A DNA stretch of 64,000 nt from positions 124,001 to 188,000 of the IMG/VR virus record IMGVR_UViG_3300018962_000001, one strand, 5' to 3'. Below are positions 25,755-35,720 of this stretch, piece by piece. Position numbers and translations under genes: made by a program. The notes under the pieces are model-generated. The model did no database searches. It was not told where the DNA came from and saw only the letters and a list, made by a program, of their open reading frames with translations. The first letter of the stretch is position 1. Each line of letters begins with the position of its first letter.

Positions 25755-28700
25755 TTAAATATATCCAGCGGCACGCAGATCGCGCAAAAAGCCTGCCCAG
25801 GCTTCTTCTTGCCGGGCATCAATCATCCGGGCAATTTGATCAAGGGTATAATTGACGCCCTCAATCTGGTAGGTCGGAGCATAGGTGATGGGCGGCAGGT
25901 TCAGCCGGGTCGCCACGGCAGCCAGCGCGGGCGCTGCTGTTTGTGCCCGGAATCGGTCAAAGGTCGCAGCGCCGCCACCAAGCGAACGGTCGAGCAATCC
26001 ATGCTCCAGCTCCTGTGTCAATGCGACTAATTGATCCTCCATCGCCGCCCGCAATCGCGCGAGTCGTTCGCGTAACCGATCGACGGGAACGACGACCTCC
26101 GGCCCAGCCTCGCCCAATAAGTAATTGGTACCAGTATGCGCCCCGATCCCGGTCACCGGCTCCCGAATGACGCCACCTGTGGCATACCCAACCCAGCCAC
26201 CACCACGCATCACCGACTGGACCCCAGGCAGATCACGAATATGGCCGTACCGGCGTTTAATATAATTAATCGCGGCGATCAGGTTTTCAATGGGATCATA
26301 GATGTCTCCGGGATTGCCAAGATCCCGTCCGTTCGCATAGCCCAGATCTCCGGTATAGGCACGGGCGGATGCCCGTTTGTTGGCATTAAAGGTTTGCGGA
26401 ATCGTTTGAGCCAGGCCGCGCGATGGATACCCCGCGCGAAAATTCGAGTCCCATAGATTGATAGATCGGGGATTCCAGCCTGACTCATACTTGCCAAGAA
26501 TGGACAGCCCCTGAAGCCAATCGCGGGTAACCGCAGCCCCTGCCAGTGCCTCGCTGATCCACGATCGCGCTGGCCCCGGTGTGCCCGGCCAGTACTCGCC
26601 ACCCCGTGGGTCCGGCGTGTCTTGAGTCACGCCCCGCAGTTCGCGGAGGAAGGCCGCGAGTTCCAGCTTGGGATCAACCCAATTGCCCCGTTTGTCACTA
26701 ATCTGATAGTGGAGGTGATCGACCATTTCCCCGTCGCGGTAGGGCGTATGCCCGACGTTGCCGATGTCATAGCCCCGCTCGATCTGCTGGCCCGCGCGGA
26801 AGTTGGCTGGATCAACGAGGTGGGCATAGTAGTGTTCGCGACCCGATTGCCCGCGAATTTGAATATAGTTTCCACCGAATCCGTTCCAGCCCTGATAGGA
26901 AACGACGCCGCTCTCCAGTGCTCGGATGATCGTCCCTTCATCGGCGAGAATGTCGATGCCCTCGTGTCTCCCGGTGGTATCAGGACGCGCATCCCCCCAC
27001 CACGATACGATCTCCCGGCTGCCGACCATAAACTCGGCAGCGTCATAGACATCGGTCCCGACCTGGGCATCCTCAAAGGCACGCAGTAAGCCTTCGACCA
27101 GCGCGAGTGCCCACTCTTTCACTTTGCCGAAGATCGCCGTGCCCACACCAGCAAAGGCATCACCAGCAAAGTCGAACGACTCGAATCCCACGGCGCTCAG
27201 CCCACGATCCAGCACCCACCCCGCACCTTGACTGATCCAGTTAATGACATCGCCGATCGCGTCGCCAATGCCAAGTTCATAGGCCGGGTAGTTCCCCGGT
27301 AGCAACCCACGCCGCCGCAGGCGCGCGGTCTCCTGATGCGGGAGGACCGTTGAGCCGCGCGGCAACATAACGATTTCCGGTCCCTTTTCTCCCACAATGG
27401 CCGGGCCACCTGGATGGTACCCCCGCCGCGTGCCCCGCGCATATTGGGGAATGGTCGGAAGATTAAAGGTATCGGGAAGCGGCGCGGCAGCACCGAGCTT
27501 CTCGGCAATCCAATTGATCGCGTCGCGGAATTTGTTGACAAAGAACTCAAACCCTTTAATGGCAGCATTAAGTCCCGACGATCCATCCGCCGGGCCGATG
27601 GCCGTGTTTGCCATCTTTTTCATAATGGTGCCGATCTCGTTAGCAGCTCCCACGAACGGGGCGAGAATGGCCTCCTTGATCTCGCTGATTCGGTCGCTCA
27701 TCCCTTTCCAGGCGCGATAGCCTCCATTGAGCACGCCATTGCCCCGGTCATCCCAGGTGCCGACAAAATCACGCATCGCGGTTTTGCCACCCTCGACGAG
27801 ATTCGCAAAGAGTCCCAGCACGCCAGGGCCACCAACGGTGTACGTTCCCACCAAATTGTTCCGAATAAGATTCGGAAGATTAACGACCAGTTGTGCCACC
27901 TGGCCGATTAAGGAGTCGCCGCTGGTATCACTCAGCCCAATCCACTGCTTCACGGTGCGACTGGTATCGTTGATTAACCCCCAGAATAGCCCAAGGACGC
28001 CGCCGCCGCCGGACGCATAGCGCCCGACCAACTCGCCGATGAGTCGGAAGAATCCATTCGCGAGGCGTTGGATCGTGCCTAACATCGATCCGGCAGCAGA
28101 ATCCGATCCGACCCAGGCAATCAGCGCATCGAGGCCTTCATTGACAAGCCAATACAGCCAGCCCAGTACCCCGTTCTGCCCGGACGCATACGTGCCAACC
28201 ATCCATCTGATCGCAGCGAGATAGTCATCCGCAAGCGTGCGGATCAGACCGAGCATCCCCCCCTGTTGGTAGGCTCCGATCCATCGCTCAATATTTGTTA
28301 GCGCGGTATCCACCAGCGTTGCCAGGAGTCCAAGCAGACCGCCGCCGCCGGGAGTCCACGTGCCGACCATCCAACGGATGGTCTGAAGCATGGCATCCGC
28401 GAGACCCTGGATTTTCGCAAGCCCCCAGTCCCATAAGTTCTGGAACCACCGCACGATCCCGTTGACCATATCGGGAATAATCGAGTGCCCAACCAGATCC
28501 ACCCACAGCTGGTAAAAGGCGTTTTTCACCCCTTCCCACAAGCCAACTGCCAGGCCGATCACCGTGGTCACTGCCCCGGTGAAGATCGATACTACACTGT
28601 CAATAATCCCCTGGACAAAATCGCCAACCGCTTGCCAAAGCGGCTGCCAATCGCCGGTATAGAATCCGTAGATGATTCCCGCAACAATCCGCACCACCCC

Positions 28701-31700
28701 GGTGATCACCGTCGCGATTAGTTGAATCACGCCAAGGAAGACCTCAATGATTCCGCCAAGCCCGACGATCACGCCCGGCAGCACCCCGGACAGCAGATTG
28801 ATGATGAATCCCAGGACATAGAGAAACGTCGTTCCCAGAATCGTGCCCACCGTCACCAATACCGCAGCGATACCTCCTAAGATGGGCATGAGCGACCGCA
28901 GGGTATTGAAAAAGATGGTGACCAGAGGACTCAGCACCTGGAACGCGGTTTGGAGATTCGCCCAGAGGCGTCCGAACGCTAACCCAACCGCTCCCACGGC
29001 ACGTTGAAAATCATGAAAGAGCGGTTGCAGGAAGGCGATGAATCGACTCCAGGTCGGCGTGACCGTGGTGTTCCAGTACTGAACAAACTCGGCGACGCGC
29101 CCCTGAATATTGCCCCAGTTCTTCAGCCACGCCACCGTTAACAGCCCGATCACCAGCGCGATCGCGCCAATCGCGAGGGTGACGGGGTTGATCGCGACCG
29201 CTAAGGCTGAGAAGATGGCTGGCCCGGTGCGGAATAGCCCCAGGAGGTTGCTGACAGGATTGGTCAGCATGGTGAGCGGGTTCAATGCCCGCCAGATTGC
29301 GCTGAACACCGGTCCCAGCCGTGATCCCACGGCTGCCAGGACCGGGAAGCGCGTGCCGAGGGCCGTAAATAGGCCCGTAACCGTGTTGACAGGGTGGATT
29401 AACAGTTGGAATGGATTCAGGATTCCGCGCAGCGCAGGGGCTAGGGGACCAAGGTAGGTTGTCACCCCTTGGATTCCAAGATGAATCGCACCGCCAACGC
29501 GGAAGACGGCAAAGGCCGTCCCAATCCCCGCGACGACACTGAGAATCGTCCCGCCATTGGTTTGCAAGAAGGCAAAGAAGGGCTGGATTTCGGCCCGCAC
29601 CCCTTGCATCGTCGCCCGCAGATTGGCAAACTCATCGGGGAGTTGACCGAGTCCGCCGAACTCGGATTCCCAATCCACCCGTGCTTCGCCCCCCGCAGGC
29701 ATCGGAGGCAGCGGGATGTCGGGAGCCGTCATGCCAAAGAGGGCAGTGACAAATTGGACAACCGCATTGCGGGCTAAGTCGATTCGCTCCTTAGCCGTAT
29801 CAATCGTGGTGCTGAATGATTGCCATGCTTGTTGGCCTTGGGCCAGGCCAGTCGTGATATTGTCGGTGAGCTGCGTGATCGCCTGGGTCGCGTCACCAAA
29901 GGTCGATTGTTGTCCACGAGCCGCTTGATCGGCTGCTTTTTGCGCCTTTTCCTGAATGTTCAGGATCATCTGCTCAATTTCTGAGTACTCTTGTGATCCC
30001 TCGGCATAGCGACTGCGAAGGCCCATCAACAGCTCAAGGGCTTCGTTATATCGTCCTTGATCCGTCAGGAGGCGCGCTTGGGCCTTGATCTGCCGCTCAT
30101 AGGCGTTTTCTGCCTTGATCCCCGAACTTGCGATCGAACGATCCCGCTGGGCTTGCAGACGCTCAATCTGCGCCTCGATGTTGAGCCACTCTTTCGATCC
30201 CTCGGCAAAGTGCGACTGTCGCTCCCGCAGCTTCGCAATCGCTCCATCATAATCGCCGGTTGCCTTTTCCAGATTGGCTTGCGCGGCGATCTGTTGATCC
30301 ATCGCCTTCGCAGCCTTGCCGGTTGCCTCCTCCTGCAACCGTGCCCGGCGTTCTTCGAGCACCTGGATCTGGCGCAGCGTGTCAAAGTACTCCTTGCTCC
30401 CCGGCTCCAAGCCCGCCAACTTTTCGCGCAAGATGGCGATCTGCCCGTTGGTGTCCTCCAGTTCCAGGTTGTATTTTTCCTGGGCGGTTCCCACCTTGGC
30501 AGCATCGCGGGCGGCGTCCTCCGCTTGCTGGCGTTGGAGATTGGCGATCTGCTCCATGATGCGGTAGCGCTCTGCCGGATCAGTGGTTCGTTCAAGCTCC
30601 TCGTTAAGCAACGCGATTTTGCCGGGCGTATCCGCAATGGCGAGCTGGTAGTCGAGGAGGGCTTTTCGCTGCCGTTCCTGTTCTTCCGTCGCTTCACGCC
30701 GGGCTTGATTGAGTTCTCGCTCCGCTTCCAGATATTCCAGTGTGCCGGGGGTCAATTCACTTAAGCGTTGCTCTAGGATCGCGGTCTTTTCCGCCGCCGT
30801 CGCCGTTTCGAGGGCATTGCGGCGCTGCGCCTCGGCCAAGGCTTCCGCTTCTTTGCGCGACTTTTCTTCAGCCGCCGCCTGAAGCTGCGCCAACTGGGTC
30901 CGCAGCCGGTATCCTTCTTCAGACTCTTCGCCAACCGCCGCGATCCGGTCGCGCAACATTTGCTGGCGTGTTGCATCATCGGCAATCGCGTATTGATAAT
31001 CCCACTGTGCGTCCGCTAAGCGCTTGAGCCGATCTTCTTCCTTTTTGGTCCCACTTTCGCGTTCATCGGCCAGGCGATGCTCCAGGTCATAGATCTGCGC
31101 GAGAATCTTGTAGTATTCTTCACTTCCATGCTCAACATTCGCAAGTTCACCGCGCAGGATCGCCAGTTTCCCGGCAGTATCGGCAATATGGAAGTTGTAG
31201 TCGCGCTGGGCTTTCGCGCGGCGGTTGGCTTCCAAGACCGCCTCGCGTTCCCCCGGCGTCATGCCCGGCAGCAGCCCAAGTTTGCGATCTTCATTGATCT
31301 GGCGTTGAATTTGCAGCACCTGCTCCATGAAGCGGAGTTCCCGCTCTTGGAGGCGGTCGGCGGCGGCAAATCCGGCCAAACGGTCGGCGACCACCTGCTG
31401 CTGCTGTTTCAAAATCTCAAGCTGCTGCTGGAGTTGGGTCTTTTGATCGTCTTGGGCCTGTTCCTGGGCCTCCAACATCGCCAGCTGATCGCGCGCGGCA
31501 CGTTGTTGCGTAAAGGTGCGTGCGTTGCGCAGGGCACGTTCTGCCGAGCGTGTTGCTTCTTGGAGACGGCGGCGGGCGGCGGGATCATCCAAGGCCCGCA
31601 GCTTCGCTTGCACCTCATCGATCTGTTGGGTAAGAACGGCCTGATTCAACCGCTCTTGAATACGTAGGAAGATGTCGCGGTTTTGTTCGCCGAGGCGCGA

Positions 31701-33398
31701 CTCGATCTGCATCAATGATTCGGCACTGATCCTCCCCGTTTGATTGATGGAGTCGATCGCCTGCGCGACCAGTTGCGTGATCCCCGGATCTCCATTGGTG
31801 CCCACGGAGATGCGAATCGCTTCCTCAGCACTAATTTTGCCCGCCGTAACCAGCGCCGTCAGCCGATCTTGAACCTCCTCGGCGATCGTCGTCAGTGCGC
31901 CAAAGTCCGAATCGTCCCACTCAAGATAGGCCCGGAGGACCGGACTAAACCACGTGTCAATGGTCGAGAGCGGCCCTTCTCGCGGCGGCGAGAAACCACG
32001 CAAGAACGCTTCGATCCGGCTAGTGATTGCCAGGATTGCCATCTCGACGTAGCTACTGGCTCCTGCTAACATGCCATCGGCGAAGGCTGCAATGCTGTTC
32101 ACACCGCCAAGGAACAGTTCACGCGACAGGTTCTGAATCAGGCGAAGAATGAGTCCACTTAATCCCAGCAGGAGATTCGTAATCTGGGTGGCAGCCGTGC
32201 CGAAATCGCCGCTAAACAGGGAGATCAAGGCTCCCCGGAGCGGCGCGAGCGCGGCCAGCACCTGCGCTGCAAACTGGCCGTATCCTCCCACGACCCGATC
32301 CACAAAGGCCAGCGCTGGGGCGGTTGCCTGGCTGAATCCGGTTGCCATTGCCTGAACCGTGCTGATAGCGAGGCGCATGCCTGCGGCAATGCCCTGCCCC
32401 AGCGTGGCGGCGGCGGCGAATAACGCCGGGTCTTTCAGTAAATTTTCGAGGCCAACCAACTGCTCTTTGATGACATCAAAGATTGGTGCTCCGAACACGC
32501 TGCGCAGCATGAACCAGCGGTCAGAAATATTCGACAGAATACCGTCCATCGATCGGGCGGCAAGTTGGGCGGCACCGCCGAACTTCTCGGCAAGAATCTC
32601 GTTGAGGGCGGTGAGCGCCTGATCCGCCGTGCCGAGATACGTTCCCTGCGCATCGAACTTGAGTCCCTTCATCTCAAGATCGGAGCGAGTCGCAATCGCA
32701 AGCTCTCGGAGGCGGCGGAAGGCATCGCCGAAGTCACCCGTTCCAACACGAGCAATCGCGAAGGTGACTTGTTCCAATTGGCTGCTTAAATCACGGATCG
32801 CCGGACGAGTGACGACCGCTGCGTTGGCGACGTTGAGGAGAAATTCTTGCGTGCGCGCGCCAGCAACCTGGAGTTGCCGATCCGCTTCCACCAGCGCGGG
32901 CAGATCAAACGGGGTTTGCACATTAATCGCCTGCAATTCGGCAAGGCGACTTCGGGCGCGCGCGAGCATCTGCGCTGTCGTATCGCCTTCCTGTCGCAGC
33001 AGGGTCATGTAGGAGATGATGCTGTTTTCGAGTTGCTGGTTGGGACCAACCAGCCCGGAGAGTGCTGCCGAGGCAATCCGGCCTAACTCACGGAATCCAA
33101 AGGTCAACGCGCCCACGCGCGTGATCAGGCCGACCATCCCCCCGCCTAAGACGTTGATCGACGATGACAATCCTGACGAGGTTTGCTGGGCACGGACGAA
33201 CGTGTCGCGAAGCACGGAAGCCAGGGTTCGGGCTGACGCGGTAAGTGAACTCATGGATCGCGTGCTCGTCTGCGTGTTGACGTTAAACCCCTGGAGCTGT
33301 GATCCAAGCGCTTGAAGATTTGACCCGATGGCGCGGAGGGCGTTCAGCGCCGACTGGGCATTGCCCGTAAAATTTAAGAGAACCTGAATTTGATTCAC
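25755..33398 (-). CDS. Tape measure protein with C-terminal M23 peptidase and lytic transglycosylase domains
   Basis: GGAGG RBS + GTG 33398; TPFDLPAL..A..QL and GILSNISD TMP motifs; long amphipathic repeats; HEGID/YAHL/HLH (M23); ESGWNP..IN.WDSN, GLAQ, DPIENL.AA..YI..RYG (SLT). Confidence 0.95.
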   Translation of the reverse strand: MNQIQVLLNFTGNAQSALNALRAIGSNLQALGSQLQGFNVNTQTSTRSMSSLTASARTLASVLRDTFVRAQQTSSGLSSSINVLGGGMVGLITRVGALTFGFRELGRIASAALSGLVGPNQQLENSIISYMTLLRQEGDTTAQMLARARSRLAELQAINVQTPFDLPALVEADRQLQVAGARTQEFLLNVANAAVVTRPAIRDLSSQLEQVTFAIARVGTGDFGDAFRRLRELAIATRSDLEMKGLKFDAQGTYLGTADQALTALNEILAEKFGGAAQLAARSMDGILSNISDRWFMLRSVFGAPIFDVIKEQLVGLENLLKDPALFAAAATLGQGIAAGMRLAISTVQAMATGFSQATAPALAFVDRVVGGYGQFAAQVLAALAPLRGALISLFSGDFGTAATQITNLLLGLSGLILRLIQNLSRELFLGGVNSIAAFADGMLAGASSYVEMAILAITSRIEAFLRGFSPPREGPLSTIDTWFSPVLRAYLEWDDSDFGALTTIAEEVQDRLTALVTAGKISAEEAIRISVGTNGDPGITQLVAQAIDSINQTGRISAESLMQIESRLGEQNRDIFLRIQERLNQAVLTQQIDEVQAKLRALDDPAARRRLQEATRSAERALRNARTFTQQRAARDQLAMLEAQEQAQDDQKTQLQQQLEILKQQQQVVADRLAGFAAADRLQERELRFMEQVLQIQRQINEDRKLGLLPGMTPGEREAVLEANRRAKAQRDYNFHIADTAGKLAILRGELANVEHGSEEYYKILAQIYDLEHRLADERESGTKKEEDRLKRLADAQWDYQYAIADDATRQQMLRDRIAAVGEESEEGYRLRTQLAQLQAAAEEKSRKEAEALAEAQRRNALETATAAEKTAILEQRLSELTPGTLEYLEAERELNQARREATEEQERQRKALLDYQLAIADTPGKIALLNEELERTTDPAERYRIMEQIANLQRQQAEDAARDAAKVGTAQEKYNLELEDTNGQIAILREKLAGLEPGSKEYFDTLRQIQVLEERRARLQEEATGKAAKAMDQQIAAQANLEKATGDYDGAIAKLRERQSHFAEGSKEWLNIEAQIERLQAQRDRSIASSGIKAENAYERQIKAQARLLTDQGRYNEALELLMGLRSRYAEGSQEYSEIEQMILNIQEKAQKAADQAARGQQSTFGDATQAITQLTDNITTGLAQGQQAWQSFSTTIDTAKERIDLARNAVVQFVTALFGMTAPDIPLPPMPAGGEARVDWESEFGGLGQLPDEFANLRATMQGVRAEIQPFFAFLQTNGGTILSVVAGIGTAFAVFRVGGAIHLGIQGVTTYLGPLAPALRGILNPFQLLIHPVNTVTGLFTALGTRFPVLAAVGSRLGPVFSAIWRALNPLTMLTNPVSNLLGLFRTGPAIFSALAVAINPVTLAIGAIALVIGLLTVAWLKNWGNIQGRVAEFVQYWNTTVTPTWSRFIAFLQPLFHDFQRAVGAVGLAFGRLWANLQTAFQVLSPLVTIFFNTLRSLMPILGGIAAVLVTVGTILGTTFLYVLGFIINLLSGVLPGVIVGLGGIIEVFLGVIQLIATVITGVVRIVAGIIYGFYTGDWQPLWQAVGDFVQGIIDSVVSIFTGAVTTVIGLAVGLWEGVKNAFYQLWVDLVGHSIIPDMVNGIVRWFQNLWDWGLAKIQGLADAMLQTIRWMVGTWTPGGGGLLGLLATLVDTALTNIERWIGAYQQGGMLGLIRTLADDYLAAIRWMVGTYASGQNGVLGWLYWLVNEGLDALIAWVGSDSAAGSMLGTIQRLANGFFRLIGELVGRYASGGGGVLGLFWGLINDTSRTVKQWIGLSDTSGDSLIGQVAQLVVNLPNLIRNNLVGTYTVGGPGVLGLFANLVEGGKTAMRDFVGTWDDRGNGVLNGGYRAWKGMSDRISEIKEAILAPFVGAANEIGTIMKKMANTAIGPADGSSGLNAAIKGFEFFVNKFRDAINWIAEKLGAAAPLPDTFNLPTIPQYARGTRRGYHPGGPAIVGEKGPEIVMLPRGSTVLPHQETARLRRRGLLPGNYPAYELGIGDAIGDVINWISQGAGWVLDRGLSAVGFESFDFAGDAFAGVGTAIFGKVKEWALALVEGLLRAFEDAQVGTDVYDAAEFMVGSREIVSWWGDARPDTTGRHEGIDILADEGTIIRALESGVVSYQGWNGFGGNYIQIRGQSGREHYYAHLVDPANFRAGQQIERGYDIGNVGHTPYRDGEMVDHLHYQISDKRGNWVDPKLELAAFLRELRGVTQDTPDPRGGEYWPGTPGPARSWISEALAGAAVTRDWLQGLSILGKYESGWNPRSINLWDSNFRAGYPSRGLAQTIPQTFNANKRASARAYTGDLGYANGRDLGNPGDIYDPIENLIAAINYIKRRYGHIRDLPGVQSVMRGGGWVGYATGGVIREPVTGIGAHTGTNYLLGEAGPEVVVPVDRLRERLARLRAAMEDQLVALTQELEHGLLDRSLGGGAATFDRFRAQTAAPALAAVATRLNLPPITYAPTYQIEGVNYTLDQIARMIDARQEEAWAGFLRDLRAAGYI

Positions 33399-33410
33399 GG
33401 TTGTCCCTCC

Positions 33411-33439
33411 TTGCCGAAGGGACGAACGTGATCTACAGT
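33411..33439 (+). promoter_or_regulatory. Sigma70-type promoter for orphan pentamer RNA
   Basis: TTGCCG-17-TACAGT, 11 nt upstream of the GGNNN tract. Confidence 0.55.
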
Positions 33440-33450
33440 GCGGTGAACGC

Positions 33451-33530
33451 GGCCTGGATCGGCCTGAGACGGCATCGACGGGCAAGGCACGGTTGGGCTA
33501 TCCGTGGCTAGGTATGGTTGGGCGTGGCGC
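33451..33530 (+). ncRNA. Orphan (GGY-NN)16 pentamer-tract RNA, candidate guide
   Basis: 16 in-register pentamers, 13 starting GG; flanked by promoter and terminator. Confidence 0.65.
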
Positions 33531-33559
33531 AGCACCTCACATGTGTGAGGTGCTGTTTG
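33530..33559 (+). terminator. Rho-independent terminator
   Basis: CAGCACCTCAC-ATGT-GTGAGGTGCTG-TTT. Confidence 0.75.
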
Positions 33560-33688
33560 ATTCTTGGGATGCCAACGGTGCCCCATCCGAGCCTCGCACG
33601 ATACGGATCATGTGTCGGATGGGCGAGCACGGGGGAATGGTGGCCCATATAGGAGAAGTCGGGGCAGATGCGCGGACTTCTGCCCCGT

Positions 33689-33717
33689 AGTATAGCAAAG
33701 ACCAGCGGCGTCGTCTA
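33689..33717 (-). promoter_or_regulatory. Promoter re-starting transcription towards tape measure gene
   Basis: TAGACG-17-TATACT with extended -10 TG; followed by hairpin CGGGGCAGA...TCTGCCCCG. Confidence 0.65.
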
Positions 33718-33906
33718 GGATGGGTCGGTGGGGGACTCCCACGGGAAGGGAATCCCATTGGCGAGAAAATACTTCCGCCAAAACTCGGTGTCGAAGGGAT
33801 GGCGATCCGGCGGCGGCGGCGTGAGATGGCGCGTCTTAATGGCTGCCGCGATTGCCACCAGCGAACGGTAGATCACGGCCCAGAACAAGCGATCGGCGTT
33901 CTTCAT
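33715..33906 (-). CDS. Small hypothetical protein
   Basis: AAGGAGG RBS before ATG 33906 (MKNADRLFW...). Confidence 0.65.
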   Translation of the reverse strand: MKNADRLFWAVIYRSLVAIAAAIKTRHLTPPPPDRHPFDTEFWRKYFLANGIPFPWESPTDPS

Positions 33907-33916
33907 TGTTCCTCCT

Positions 33917-34924
33917 TTAAGGAGCAGTGCGCTCCGCTGCTTCGATGGTGTGAATCCCGGTGAGAAGTTGATAATACGCCAAGCTTCCAGGCTGAAATAA
34001 GAGCAGATAGCCTTGGAGCAACTCTTTCCGCGTGGCACGCGCGGGTTCTAAGGTGATGCGTGCTCGAATCAGCGCCATCCGTTCGTCATCCGTCAACTGC
34101 GGATCGGCCAGCCGATCTTCAAGCAGCAGGATCTTCTGGACGCGCGCAGCGGCAGCGAGGGCCATTGTGGTCGGCGAGATGATCGAGTCGGAGTCGTCCT
34201 CCGGTGGCGTATAAGGCCGGGGGGCAGCTAATCGGGTGGTTGGCCCCGTCGCCGGACGCAGACGTTGATAAATCTCGACCCACGACAGGCCCAACCGCCG
34301 GAGTGCGAGGATTTCCGCACGCCGGTTCGGCAGATTCTGATAGGCCACCGACTGACGCAGATCCTCCCAGAGCGGCTGAATCTCGCTGAACCACTGCTGA
34401 CGGCGGAGAACATCCTGTGGCCCCGGATCAAGCACTCGCACCTCCTCCGGCCAGAAAGCAATCGCCTGATCGATCTGGAGATTAATGAGTCCCAGTGGCA
34501 CGCCCGCAGCATCGCACTCAACACCATCTTGATCGATCCACGGCTTGTGCGGTGATCGCCGGATGAGATGGGGTTTCGTTCCCTGGATGACCGGGAAGAT
34601 CGCCGGATCGAGTGGGGGGACAAAGGCCGCATGCGACGTGGGATCATCCACGCGGGCCAGATCTGGGATCGTGTGCCCACACCCGGAACAAAACTTCGCA
34701 CCGGGTTCGATTCCACGATACCCACAGCGGGTACACTGATTTGCTGCGCGCGCGCGCTGTAGGCACTGATTTGCGAGCAATGTCCGGGACCGAAACTCTG
34801 CCAGATCAGATCGATAGAGCAGGGTGGTCCGGTAGGCTGCATACAAGGTCGCCATCAGGACTCCTACCTGAACTCCCTCACTCGAAAGATGGAATAGGAG
34901 ATCCACGAACCAATCATTCATCAC
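33917..34924 (-). CDS. Membrane-anchored Zn-ribbon protein
   Basis: N-terminal hydrophobic helix; CTRCG...GAKFCSGCG; coupled to upstream HTH gene. Confidence 0.7.
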   Translation of the reverse strand: MMNDWFVDLLFHLSSEGVQVGVLMATLYAAYRTTLLYRSDLAEFRSRTLLANQCLQRARAANQCTRCGYRGIEPGAKFCSGCGHTIPDLARVDDPTSHAAFVPPLDPAIFPVIQGTKPHLIRRSPHKPWIDQDGVECDAAGVPLGLINLQIDQAIAFWPEEVRVLDPGPQDVLRRQQWFSEIQPLWEDLRQSVAYQNLPNRRAEILALRRLGLSWVEIYQRLRPATGPTTRLAAPRPYTPPEDDSDSIISPTTMALAAAARVQKILLLEDRLADPQLTDDERMALIRARITLEPARATRKELLQGYLLLFQPGSLAYYQLLTGIHTIEAAERTAP

Positions 34925-35136
34925 TCCTCCCGTTCCTCCGGCGGCGGCGGCGCGAACAATGCCAGCAACGGCACACCGAGCGCGGCAGCCATTTTGTCAA
35001 GCGATCCGATCGTTAACGTCTCGACGTGGCGATTATGCCAGGCTTTGCGAACCGTCCCCACCCCCAGATCGGCCCGTCGTGCCAGCTTCGAGATATTTAA
35101 CGCCTGGGCGGTGGCGATAACAGCTACTTGAAACAT
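34921..35136 (-). CDS. Cro/C1-type (XRE) HTH regulator
   Basis: LNISKLARRADLGVGTVRKAW...TIGSLDKMAAALGV; AAGGAGG RBS. Confidence 0.85.
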   Translation of the reverse strand: MFQVAVIATAQALNISKLARRADLGVGTVRKAWHNRHVETLTIGSLDKMAAALGVPLLALFAPPPPEEREE

Positions 35137-35176
35137 TCGATCCTCCTTCCTCGTGTGGAGCGCGCATCATTGTGCA

Positions 35177-35260
35177 TTGACAGACCGCATATCTATGTTA
35201 TACTGTCATTATAATGTATAGTATATAGAGTATAGCATACAAAACCTATGCTACATTATA
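35177..35260. promoter_or_regulatory. AT-rich divergent promoter/operator region between HTH gene and pentamer array
   Basis: TTGACA-16-TATACT (35177-35204); near-palindrome TATACTGTCATTATAATGTATAGTATA; inverted repeat TAGCATA-N7-TATGCTA (35233-35253). Confidence 0.7.
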
Positions 35261-35309
35261 CTCCCACTCCCGGCAGAATGCTAGACATTCGACAGATGAA
35301 TTCGGACAT

Positions 35310-35710
35310 GGTTGGGTGTGGATTGGCTAGGCTAGGAGAGGCACGGTGAGGTCTGGCACGGATGACTCTGCACTGAGTCCAATCCCTTCGGGGTATCTGG
35401 GTATGGCATGGGAACGGTTGGGTCCGGTAAGGATCGGCTGGGAGCGGCAAGGTGTGGCAAGGTCGGGCTGGGCCGGGCAACGCAGGGCACGGATGGCGGT
35501 GTATTCCGCCACCATTCCCCACCAGGGGAATACGAGGATGGCTGGGCGCGGGCATGGCGAGGCGTGGCAAGTCGAGGCTGGGCCGCGCTAGGTGCGGCAA
35601 GGCACGGATGATCGTGGATTCGATCACCATCCCTCACACGAGGGTTATTTGGCTCGGATCGGTCAGGATTGGCTAGGTCAGGTGGGGCTGGGTGAGGCTT
35701 GGTTTGGTAC
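35310..35710 (+). repeat. Array 1: four (GGY-NN)n pentamer units, the first three each closed by two hairpins (candidate guide RNA array)
   Basis: Tracts of 10, 16-18, 11-13 and 12 pentamers at 35310, 35400, 35540, 35651; conserved GGCAC-GGATG-stem-TGNAYT-stem end. Confidence 0.9.
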
Positions 35711-35720
35711 AAGGAGCAGT

